A stretch of 64,000 nt of DNA from Prorocentrum cordatum (lineage: Eukaryota), in assembly GCA_963575745.1 (NCBI GenBank), contig CAUYUJ010000209.1:1-64000 (forward strand), in the 5' to 3' direction. This document shows, in pieces, positions 11,401 through 23,400 of the stretch (the first letter of the stretch is position 1; every line of letters starts with the position of its first letter). Below the pieces are notes generated by a model, which was not told the origin of the DNA, searched no databases, and saw only the letters and a program-made list of their open reading frames with translations. The translations under genes were made by a program, and so were the position numbers.

Positions 11401-14400
11401 CTGTGGGGGCACAAGGCTCCGCGGGCTAGGCTTGCTGCCCCCTGCTCCAGTTCTAGTCTCAAGTCTCCCATGTTATCGTCCTACGTTCCGTGTCCGACTG
11501 TAAATTATTAAAGACCGCGCGAGGGGGGGAGCCGAAAAGGGCCCTGGTTACCACCACCTGGGTGGGTTCTCAGAATTTCTGGGGGGGTCCTGGGACACGT
11601 AGAAGTACATGATATTCGCGCCCCCGAAGCCATGATCCCTTGTAAATTTCACCAGTCGCACTCCCGAGGCCATACTCCATTGTAAATTACACGGTACTCG
11701 CGTCCCAGGAGCCATACAACCTCGCTCATTGCGCTGTGCTCGCGCTCCCGAGATCATAAAACCGAGTAGATAAAACAAGATTTGCGTCTCCGAGGCAATC
11801 TTCTCTCTCTATCTCTCTCACTTTCTTTTTTGTGTCTCTCCCTCTCTCTCTCTCTCTCTCTCCCTCTCTCTTTCTCTCTCATAAATTACATAATATCTGC
11901 GTCCCCGAAGCCACGATCCATAGTAAGTCCCCCGCTGAGTATATAGTATTCGCGCATTCGAGACCACAATCCTTCATAAAAGGCCCCGAGGCCTCTGAGA
12001 CGGCCCAAGGGTTCTCCAAAGCGCCCAAGATGGTCCCAAGACGGCCCAAGAGGCTCCCAAGAGGCCACTAAGAGCGCTCCAAGAGTACCTCGAAGAAGGA
12101 GTCCAAGAGGCCAACATCTGCGTTGACCCTTAGGTGTTTGATGGATTCCGGCACGCTCATATCTCCAGTGGCCCCCGTTCGGAGCTCAGACGCTGCTTCA
12201 CGACGCCGCCCGGGCCTCACAACATAGCTTTTGCATACTCCATTATCCGAGGGGACCGGAGGCAGGGGGCGAAGCCCTTACGACACAAAAAGAAAATAGC
12301 ATAATCATCATAATCATCATCAGCAGCAGCATCAATATCATCATCAGCATCATCATCATCACCAAAATCATCACCACCATCATCAGCAGCAGCAGTATCA
12401 TCATCAGCATCATCAGCATCAGAATCAGCATCAACATCAGCATCAGTATCATCATCAGCGTCATCATCAGCATCATCATCAAAGTCAACATCATCATCAT
12501 CATCATGTTCATCCTCATCCTCATCCGAATCCTCCTCATCATCCGCATCATCAGAATCATCAGCAGCATCAGCATCGTCAGCATCATCATCAGACTTATC
12601 AGCATCACAAATATTAGCATCATCGTCCTCCTCAGCATCATCACTATCATCATCATCATCAGTAGCAGCAACAGCAGCAACATCATCAATGTCAGCAGCA
12701 TCATCATCACCATCACCATCACCATCACCATTACCATCAGCGTCATCATCAACACTTGCATGATGATGATCATCATCATCATGATTACCACCATCAACGT
12801 CATCATCATCACCCTCATAATCCTCATCATCCTCATCACGGCTCTCCCAAGCATGGAGACACGAGGCGTCACACGTGAAGGCCTCCCGTGCCCCCCCGAA
12901 CAGTCGCCACCCAGAATGCTGGGTTGGCACGGTGGCGGGACTTGCCGCCGCCAGCTGGATCCGCCGCCCCCTGCTTGCAGGGGTGCACGGCGTGCTGGAC
13001 GAGCTGTTAGGTTTTGGTTTGGGTTCTTTTTCCAAAAGAACTCCCCAGTGGGCTCCGGCAGAACCCGCCACCGTGCGCAAAAACGGCCGTTTCGCTCGGG
13101 ACATCCTCAAAAAATCGCGAAGATGGCCCAAGATGGCCTCCAAGTCCGCCCGAGATGGTCCAAGACGGCCTCCAAAACGGCCCAAGAGAGTCCAAGACGG
13201 CCCAAGACGGCCCAAGAGGCCCCCCAGAGGCCTCCCAGACGGCCCAAGAGGCCTCCAAGAGGTCCTCCAGGAGAGTCCGAAGAGGCCAAAATCATTGATT
13301 TTCCCTTGGTTTTTGAAGGATTTTGGCATTTGCGCCTTTTCGGCTCTCCGACGGCTCAAGACGGCCCAAGAAGCCCCCAAGATCGCCCAAGAGGCCCCCA
13401 AGAGAGCCCCCTGATGGCCCAAGTGGCCTCCAAGATGGCCCCTAGAGGGCCCCAAGACGGCCCAAGAGGCCTCCAACACGCCCAAGATGGCCTCCAAGAC
13501 GCCCAAGATGGCCTCCAAGACGGCCCTGGAGCGCCCCAAGAGGGTCCCCCGTTGGCCCAGACAGGCCCCCAAAACGGCTCCCGACGGCGTCAGACGTGCC
13601 AGGAACCCACCAAGATGGCCGAAGTTGGCTCGAAGCTGGCCCAAAAGGGCCCAAGAGGCCCCCAAGAGGGCCTCCAGGAAGGCCAAAAGATGCCAAAATC
13701 ACTGATTTTCCCAAGGTTTTTGATGGATTTGGGCATTTCCCTTCTTTCGGCCTTCCGACGGCCCGAGACGGCCCAAGAGCCCCCAAAGATCGCCGAAAGA
13801 TCGCCCAAGAGGCCTCCAAGACGGCGACGATGACCATCAAGACGCCCACGTGTTCCCCGAAGGCTTTCCAAACCGATTCGGGGAACACATGGTCCGATGG
13901 CTTGGCAGGTCTGGCCTCAACGTTCGGCCACATAGGCGCTTCCACAAAGGCAGGGGGCGGCGGTGATTCGCCGTAGGCGTCTTCGATACATATATCTGTA
14001 TACATACAGACATGCATGCATGCATGCATGCATGCATGCAAACATCTATTCATGCATACATACATACATACACATACACATGTGTAGACATTAATACACA
14101 TAGACACATACACAAACATACGCACATACATACAGAAGAGCAGAGAGTCCGATATATACCAGCGTCCTCCATTGCATCCCTCCCTCCAGCCTCGTCCAAC
14201 ACCCCGTTCTCTAGCATCCACCCGCGTCCAGCCTCTCCTGTTAACCATCACCCCTATCCGAACAACCGAGACCCCTGCGGGTTAAAATGAGGGGACGACT
14301 CCGTGCAAGAAACTCCCCAAGAAGAAGGAAAATCAGTATCGACAGAAGCTCTCGGAGGTCCGCGAGCAGTTCTTGGATCGGCGCTGGACCCCACGCGCCA

Positions 14401-17400
14401 GGGGGCGGCGCCGGATGCGCCGCCAGGCGGTTCCAGCGCCGATCGGAAAAACCCACGCGGACCTCCGAAAGCTTATGATTATGAAGCTTTGACTACACTT
14501 CGAGCCCCCCCCTCATGGTGAGCCTCCTGCTCTCGGCGGCGCGCTCCGGAGGAGAGGCAGAGCGGGCGAGCCTGCTCAGAAGGCTCAGAAGGCCTCTGGC
14601 CTTCTGAGAAGCTGTCTGGGCCTTATGCGATGACGGAGACAGCTTCTCAGAAGGCCCGCCGCCTTCTGAGAAAGCCTGCTCTCGGCGCGCCGCCGATTTC
14701 CACATCCCCGCCATCTGCCAGGGACGACCGACCCCTGTGGTTAGAGCGTCAGCGTGCGAGGCACCAGTCGCACCCGGCAGAGCGCTGCCACATGGGACGC
14801 ACAAGGACATGCTAGTAACATGCGTCCCTGGCAGAGACGCACGTCCGACCCGAACATAGAATTCAAGTCGTACATCGTTTCCCGAGCGGTATGGCCAGAA
14901 AGCGCCCGCCACGCAGCTGGTACTATCGGACTTCCGAGTTTGCGCGTCGCCCTTGCATGGCCGATGCACATCTCGAGGTAAGTATGCTGGGTGGTGCTGA
15001 CCACAGGCTGGCCGACTCCGACCCTGGCCTCCTGTGGCGGCGGCCAGAAGCGTGCCCGTAAACCTCCATACGGGACAAACAACGGCATACACATAACATC
15101 TTGGCGGCAGACGACAAAAGACAGCGTTGCACAGTTACGATGGGGGTCACGACGACGGGGGGCCACAGTTGGGGGGGCCACAGTGGGGGGCCACAGTTGG
15201 GGGGGCCACGATGGCAGGGCGGTCGGGGCATGGATAGCGATAAGGATGGGGGTTGGGGGGTTGGGGCGGGGATGCAGATATGGGGCTGAGGATACAGGGA
15301 TAGGAGCAAGGGGGGGGTAGGAGTCGAGATGGGGGTATGGCTACCAGGCCCCTTTGGGGGCCTGGCGGACGCGGCATGCAGCCGTGGCTCGCCGAAGGAC
15401 GCGCGGTGGGATACCATGAGCCTGGGGAATAATACTGGGGCCCGGCGGCCTGGGGGCGGGAGCGGGGTGTGCGCGAAGCGCGGGTCGGGAGCGCTTTTCG
15501 CCAGACCTGGCAATAACACGAAGCCAGGGCGAGGCTGAATCGAGAATCGAGAGGATAAGCCATGACGAGGCGAATTCGGCGAGAATCAAGTCGAGAATCA
15601 CTGCGATCCGGCGGCTCTGGAGGGTCTCGGGCGCCGCAGCTTTCTCAGAGCGTCCCGGAACGCTCTGGAACGCTTGTATCCTTGTCCTAACCCCACCCGA
15701 GACAACCCCAACCTGCCGGGTGGAGCATCGGAGCTCGGACCTCCGCGAGTGCATGTTCATGCTGGACTGTCCTCTTCGGCTCGCTCTGCCCGGTCTACCC
15801 GACCCACTCGCAGAGTCGGTGCGGACACTTCTCCCAGGGCTGAACCTAAACGGTGTTTTTCGTTTTCGTTTTGTTTTCGTTTTCCCTCGCTTTTGTCTTG
15901 AATCCGCCTTTACGTCAAAACGAAGTCGAAACGAAAACGGCCCACAAAATCGCCAAAAACACCGTTTAGGTCCAGCCCTGACTTCTCCCGTGGCGCGTTC
16001 AGACGGCGCCACGCCGATGTAAAGCCGCTCGCCTTCACGGGGCCGACGGTCTCCGCGAAGGCCATCAGCGCGTCCTCCGTGACGTCCTTGAGGAGGCCGC
16101 CGAAGAAGACGCCCGTGCCGTCCTAGCCACTGTGAGGAGCACCGGGGGGGGCCCTCGGAGTCGACGAGCGGTCGGCATCGAGTCAAAAAATGATGTCAGT
16201 GAAGGGGCCCTGGGACACACACACACACATACACAAATAAATAGATTCCCCATATGTTCTCATATTTTCTGGATTCTCGTCCTCCCCCCACTTGCCATAA
16301 TTCCCTATACTTTCCTGTGAGTCGACGATTAATTGTGTCTGTGTGTTTTACCAACCCTACTTGGTTGGGAAATCCTTTTGAATAGAGCACTGCGGTCTCC
16401 AGTCCTCCTCCTCCTCCTCCTCCTCCTCCTCCTCCTCCTCCTCCTCCTCCTCCTCCTCCTCCTCCTCCTCCTCCCGCCTCCCGCCTCCTCCCGCCTCCCG
16501 CTTCCGTCTTGTCTCCTATTGCCTTGCGCGAACCTGGCCATCCCTGGGGGGCTGCGATCTGTGACACTGTCGCCACTTTCGAGGGCTGCTGGTGGGTCCT
16601 GCGGAGTGAGGCACCGCGGGGATCTGAGCGGAACCTCGCCGTCCCTGGGGGGCTGCGATCTGCCACACTGTCGTCACGTTCGAGGGCATGCTGGTGGGTC
16701 CTGCGGAGTGAGGCACCACGAGGATCTGAGCGGGACCTCGCCGTTCCTGGGGGGCTGCCATCTGCGACACTGTCGCCACTTTCGAAGGCTGCTGGTGGGT
16801 CCTGCGGAATGAAGCACCGCGGGGATCTGAGCGGGACCTCGCCGTCCCTGGGGGGCTGCCATCTGCGACACTGTCGTCACTTTCGAGGGATGCTGGAAGG
16901 TCCTGCGGAGTGAGGCACCGCGGGGATCTGAGCGGGACCTCGCCGTCCCTGGGGGGCTGCGATCTGCCACACTGTCCTCACGTTCGAGGGCTGCTGGTGT
17001 GTCCTGCGGAGTGATGCACCGCGGGGATCTGAGCGGGACCTCGCCGTCCCTGACGGGTTGCGATCTGCGACACTGTCGCCACGTTCGAGGGCTGCTGGTG
17101 GGTCCTGCGGAGTGAGGCACCGCGGGGATCTGAGCGGGACCCCGCCGTCCCTGGGGGGGCTGCGATCTGCCACACTGTCGCCACTTTCGAGGGCTGCTGG
17201 TGGGTCCTGCGGAGTGAGGCACCGCGGGGATCTGAGCGGGACCTCGCCGTTCCTGGGGGGCTGCGATCTGCGACACTGTCGCCACGTTCGAGGGCTGCTG
17301 GTGGGTCCTGCGGAGTGAGGCACCGCGGGGATCTGAGCGGGACCTCGCCGTCCCTGGGGGGCTGCCATCTGCGACACTGTCGCCAAGATCGAGGGCTGCT

Positions 17401-20400
17401 GGTGGGTCCTGCGGAGTGATGCACCGCGGGGATATGAGCGAGACCTCGCCGTCCGTGGGGGGGGGGCTGCCATCTGCGACATTGTCGCCACTTTCGAGGG
17501 CTGCTGGTGGGTCCTGCGGAATGAGGCACCGCGGGGATCTGAGCGGGACCTCGCCGTCCCTGGGGGGCTGCGATCTGCCACACTGTCGCCACTTTCGAGG
17601 GCTGCTGGTGGGCCCTGCGGAGTGAGGCACCGCGGGGATCTGAGCGGGACCTCGCCGTCCCTGGGGGGTTGCGATCTGCGACACTGTCGTCACTTTCGAG
17701 GGCTGCTGGTGGGTCCTGCGGAGTGAGGCACCACGGGGATCTGAGCGAGACCTCGCCGTCCCTGGGGGGCTGCCATCTGCCACACTGTCGTCACTTTCGA
17801 GGGTTGCTGGTGGGTGGTCCTGCGGAATGAGGCACCGCGGGGATCTGAGCGAGACCTCGCCGTCCCTGGGGGGCTGCGATCTGCGAACTGTCGCCACTTT
17901 CGAGGGCTGCTGGCGGGTCCTGCGGAGTGAGGCACCGCGGGGATCTGAGCGAGTCCCCGCCGTCCCTGGGGGGCTGCCATCTGCGACGCTGTCGCCACCT
18001 TCGAAGGCTGCTGGTGGGTCCTGCAGAATGAGGCACCGCGGGGATCTGAGCGGGACCCCGCCGTCCCTGGGGGGCTGCGATCTGCCACACTGTCGCCACT
18101 TTCGAGGGCTGCTGGTGGGTCCTGCGGAGTGAGGCGCCGCGGGGATCTGAGCGAGACCTCGCCGTCCCTGGGGGGGCTCTGGAGAGCTGCTGCGGGATGC
18201 GTCAGGCGCAACGGGCGCATGGCGCAGCCAAAGGGGGTGATTTGTGAAACAGCCCATCTGCGGGGCGATGGCCACAACGTTGCGCCTACACGTATCCCGC
18301 GGGGGTTCTCAAGAGCTGCTGTGGATACGTTGGGTGCAACGGGCGCATGACACAGCCAACGGGGGTGATTTGTTATCACGTAGCCCTTAGATCCTGATCG
18401 GGGGCCTGCGAGCCTTCCGATTGTTGCTCGCAAAATCAATTGCGTCCATGTTACGCCATCGCCCCCGTTGTAGCAATCCTGATGTACTTATTCCCCGCAT
18501 TGCGCAAGGGTTGGGTACGTCGCCAGGTATAATTGTCCCTCCTGAATCAGGTCGGAACGCTCATCGAATCGAGCCGCGTCGGCACGGCGTCGGAGACGAA
18601 GCAACTGGGTCTAGCCAGAATGCACAACCGCGCCATGCACGCATCGGGCCGCACGGGATGATCCGAATGCCAGGATCGAGTCGGAACGGGCTGGCAGACT
18701 CGGACGTCGGATCGGATCGACATGGGCCTTGGATTCTGGCGTGGAAGACGCCACAGAGAAAGATTCGGTCGAAGGCCCAGGTCGCAATTGGGAAGGAGCT
18801 CGATGTACACTGCACGTCGCTTGGTCGTCCAAGGAGGCCGGTGTGTGTGTGTGTAGAGGCCCTAGCTTCACAACCTCTAGGACGCTGGAGCGTCTATCCA
18901 CCGAAATCCTTCGCCGAGTGGCTCCTTGACCGACCAAACGACGTGGTGTATACGGCGAGCCCCCCAGAGTACAGCCAACGATTATATGATAAGGACGCGC
19001 GATGCGGATGCACGGGCCTCGGAAGGCCATGTCGACGCCTTCCGAGCGGGGCGCGGCCAGCGAAAACGGCCAAGGGAGGGCCGAATGAGGAAGGATGCAG
19101 GGGGTGACTTTGGAGAGTCGCTCCGTCTCGCTGCCGCCGGACCTAGGACGGGAGAGCATCCCCCGAGAACAGAGGACCCTCCGCTGGCCGAGCTGGAGAA
19201 CGCTCGAGGGCGCCCTCCCCCCCAGGGATGCACAAGAGCATCCCACAAGCACGAACACGAAGAACACCATGACTACCAACCGGGCCACCACAACCCAACC
19301 CGAAGCCCCGAATTTCGGGGGGGGGGGGGGGGGGGGCCTCATGCGTGTTTTCCCCATGTTCCCCGACACCCCCCCCCACCCCAACTGGAAATGGATGGAG
19401 GGCACCTCGAGGCCGGCGGGCTGGGCTGGGGTGGTTCGGCAGGCGGTGACAGCAGGGCGCCCTCCCCGAGCCGACCCCGCCCTCGCACCTCGCTCCCGAC
19501 CGCAATGCGCGTCGCCCGTGGATGTCCGAGGCGTCGCGCGTGGCCACGGCGGGAGAGAGACATCTTCGGCGAGGGCGGAGTGCGCGGGCGGAGGGCGAGC
19601 CGGGGGGGAGGAGGGGGGGGGCAGCGCAGGTGCGGAAGCGGCTGCGCCGATCAGCGGAGTAGGCACGGGCAGGGGACGAGAGAGAGAGGGAGGGAGAGAA
19701 GAGAGAGGGAGGAAAGAGAGAGAGAGAGAGAGAAAAAAAAAAAAAAAAAAAAAAAAAAAAACGCGAGAGACATTAGAGATAGAGAGAGGAGGGGAGAGAG
19801 AGAGAGAGAGAGAGCCGCACACGCACACACACAGAACCGAGAACACGTAACGACAAGCTTGAGGGATTCACGAAAATGGCAGGGAACTTCAGACAATCCT
19901 TATGGTGACATGACTTCCACACGCGTGCCGTGCCTGTGCTGGGGTACGAGTCTGCGCGTTACGCAATTCCCTGGGTGATGTTCCACTGACTTATGCTGCG
20001 CCATGCTATGTCATGCTATGCTGCTATTCCGCCTACGCTTCAAGGAGGCTATGGTGTACGTTTCCTCCACTCCTCCCTCCCCACCCCCACCGCCTGTCGC
20101 CATGCACGTACTTGCACATGCCTGGCCGCGTGCTCGACACCCCAACTTGGCGCCTACGCGCGTGACAACACGTGCCAAAGGCACACGTTCCTTCGCATCT
20201 TCGACACCACCCCGTCCGCGCATGTAGCTTGCACGCGTGAGGAATCCACTGGCCTCATGTTCGACCCCTCGAGCGCCTACACAAATGAGAGCTCGTGCCA
20301 AAGGCACATGTGCCAGAGGCATACTCAACACCACCCCCTCCGCGAACGCACTTTTGCATGCGACGCCCTTGGAAACATCAAAACGGTCGTCAACATTAGC

Positions 20401-23400
20401 TGCTCGTGGTCATGGTGATCACAATTATTTCCGTTCAACGTCAGCTCCCTCATTAGAACGTAGGGCCATGGCTTCAGAAATCATCGCACACTTACCCTTA
20501 CAGGCGCCCCACTTCCGCCTCCACAGTCAGCACAGGTATCTGCCACGATTAACCACGCCAAGTTGTAACACTGCTGGCAGTACAACATCGGCGACGAACC
20601 AGGATGGAAATAAGAAGGGGCGACCCTTCTCAGAAGGTTCGGAAGTCCCCCGGCCTTCTGAGAAGTGTTCTAAGCCTTCCCCGAAGACACAGAAAACTTC
20701 GCACAAGGCCTGAGGGTTTCTGAAAAGCCCCTCTGCCTTCTGAGAAAGCCTGCTCCGTCTCACTCTCGCTCGCCGCCGACAAAGGACATGGTTACAGCGA
20801 CCTTAACCAGTGTCATCAGAACTGCAGACTCAGGCACCATTTTTCGCGTCTCGCACTGCGAAAGACTATCTCCTCGCTCCCGCGCCGCCCCCGTGGAGAA
20901 GAGTACCTCTCCGGCTCGGGCCGCGAGACGCGAGGTGCGATCATCCTCGCGCCCTCGCGGTTGACCTGGTCCACTGCCTCCATGGCACGCCCCAGCCCAC
21001 CCCCCCAAGACTCGCCACCTCTACCGTGTGGTCTCCCAGTCGACCTTGACTGCCTGCCCCTCGGCCGCGCGGCAGCGGGCGGTCCTCGTTGCCCCACGTG
21101 TTGTCGCGGTTCCCACGGGGACCTTGCTGACATCGAGACCGCGCTGGCCAAAGCCCAGCGCAGGTCCACGTGCAGACACCGTTACGTACAGTCGGGAAAG
21201 AAGGAACGCGAAGCAAGGAACGAAGCCCCTCCTTGGCCCTGAGAGCGCCTCCGGGACCCAGGAGGGCAAGATGAACAGCACTGGAGGAGTCTAAGGAACA
21301 TCGAGCCCCTTCCGAACCCAAACTGTTCCCTATTTCAGCGTCTTGACTGTACTCGACCGCGGACCCCTTGGCAACCCATGGGCCGTCGGTGTCCCTCGTC
21401 CGCCCTTGGCGGTCTATGGCGGTGCTCGGCGCTTCTTCGGCGAGCCTCGGCGGTCGGTCTCGGCCGTCGTCACGCAGGTTGGGTGGCTGCGTTGAGCAGG
21501 GGGCGCAGGATCAAGAAGCAGATAATCACTGCAAGATGCATGACAGCATCTAGACCAGAAGCTTGACGACCAAACGATGCACGGCCGTAAGCGGTGAGTT
21601 GCTGTGCAAAAACAGTCATGGCCTCTCGATATCTGCGTGAATGATTTGGATGACGGCCGACTCCGCAAGAGATCACGCTTAGACCTCATGCCAAAATTCG
21701 ATCACACAACTCTGGCACCCGATCGCATGCTGACGGCCGCATTGCAACGATGCCCCGCCGCGGACACCTCACTCGAAAACGAGACACATACAAACACCCA
21801 ACCCGTGAACACCCAGGATCAGCTGCTACGTTGACACACATCGGTACTGATGTGAGCGCCACAGGCGGGCAAGGCTGTTCGTGCCGCTTGCCCTAGCCAG
21901 ACAAGACCTCGTCGGACGGCGCCGTGCGCCACACATCCGCGAGACTCCCGGCGCAAAGCCGCGCAAGGTGTGCAACTATGACACCATCATGGGAGCCTCC
22001 CATACCATCGTGTCGGCTCTTCTGAATCGACGCTGGTCGACGCTAAATCGACGCTGGTCGACGCTAAATCGACGCTAGTCGACGCTAAATCGACGCCAAA
22101 TCGGCGCTACCTCATTGACTCCCAGACGCGATTCGATGTCGAGGCCTCCTTAATGGGGCCGAGTAGATGTGGTCGGAGGATCGCGCCGCATCGCCAACGC
22201 ATCGGCGATGCATCAGCAATGCATCGGCGATGCATCAGCAATGCATCGGCGACGTCGGCGACGCATCGGCGATGTCGGCGTGAAGAAAATCGGGCCCCAC
22301 ATAGAGCGGCATCGCCGATGCATCGGCGATGCGGCGCCATCCGCCGACCCCATCTACTCAGACCCCATCTGGGAGGCCTAGACGATGCTAAAGACTGAAG
22401 TAAGAGGGTATAGCAGGCTCCCATGACTTGCCACCGAAATCTGCGATGCCGCGAGGCGCCGTGCCACACACATCCGCGGGATCCCCGAAGCTGTGGCGAC
22501 CGCGCTTGCCAGGGGGGGCCCAGCTGCCGTCGGGCGCCTCCTCATACCTCGGCAGGCGAGCGAGGCAGCGAGATATAGAACGAAAGAACAAGCGAGATGG
22601 AGTTGCTTCGGTGAGGGCGGACGGCAAAGACAGTACTATAAGAACAAGAAAAAACACCATAGACATGATCTGTTCGCGATCCGCGTGGATTTCTTGGATC
22701 CGCGCTGGGCCCCCCTGGCAGCGCCTCTGGCGCCGCCCCTGGCGCGGAGCGCCGAAAGTGTATGTTTATGGCGTTTGTTCCTTCTTCTAACGATGAGCAA
22801 GACTGAAGGCATCGTTACAGAGGTACTTCCTGCTTGCCAGGTAGGAGGCACAACTGCAAAATGGCGAGCAAAACAATATGGCCTTGAAAGCTGGCACATA
22901 CGCATATGGTTGGCAACGTTTGCCCAGCATGACAAGGAGCACAACGAAAATTAGAGAGAGAGATAGTGTGTATATGTATACGCATACACACATGGCCGAT
23001 TAACAAAAACGTGATCCAAATTTGCTGACGTCTGACTTACACTCCGCCGGCTTCTGCCGGCGGATCCGCCGTCGCTTTACTTCCGCAGGCTTCCGCCGAC
23101 CTTCCGCCGCCTGCCGACGAGGGCTCGAGCCAAGGAGGGCCTCAAGAAAGACGGGGTGAAAAACGACTTCAAGAGGGCTGCCGTAATCCCAAAAGCTGCC
23201 TGAGTAAGAGGGCCCCATGAGTGCCACAAAGTGGCTCCAGGAGGGCCCCGGACCTCCAGAAGTTCTGAACCCGAAAATGCAAACGCCTCTTGGGAGGCAA
23301 CCTTTACTTCCACCGGCTTCTGCCGGCCGAGCCGCCCTCGTTTCGCTTGCCTTCTTAATCGTAGGCTCCGATCCCTTCTAAGAAGCCGTCTGAAGCCACC

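Noticed and set aside
13350..13362. GGCTCAAG as an SL relict
   Set aside because: A variant of the surrounding ACGGCCCAAG repeat; lacks CCATTTT and is not at a gene start.
10514..13833. Long poly-D/poly-M/poly-I/poly-H and LGPSW-type ORFs (also 29646-31482, 32124-33644, 46548-47707)
   Set aside because: Products of CAT/GAT, GAG/CCT and GGCCCAAGA repeats that are open in several frames; only the (GGNQW)5 exon within 46570-47337 is supported by splice sites and phase.
16535..18178. CRISPR-like array, or real 533-aa/234-aa proteins
   Set aside because: Units are contiguous with no unique spacers and no cas genes; the ORFs are translations of a 101-bp repeat.
21040..21170. Possible extra exon (GPRGNRDNTWGNEDRPLPRGRG on minus, or DLADIETALAKAQ on plus)
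   Set aside because: Not needed: flanking host exons already join in phase, and strand and frame are ambiguous.
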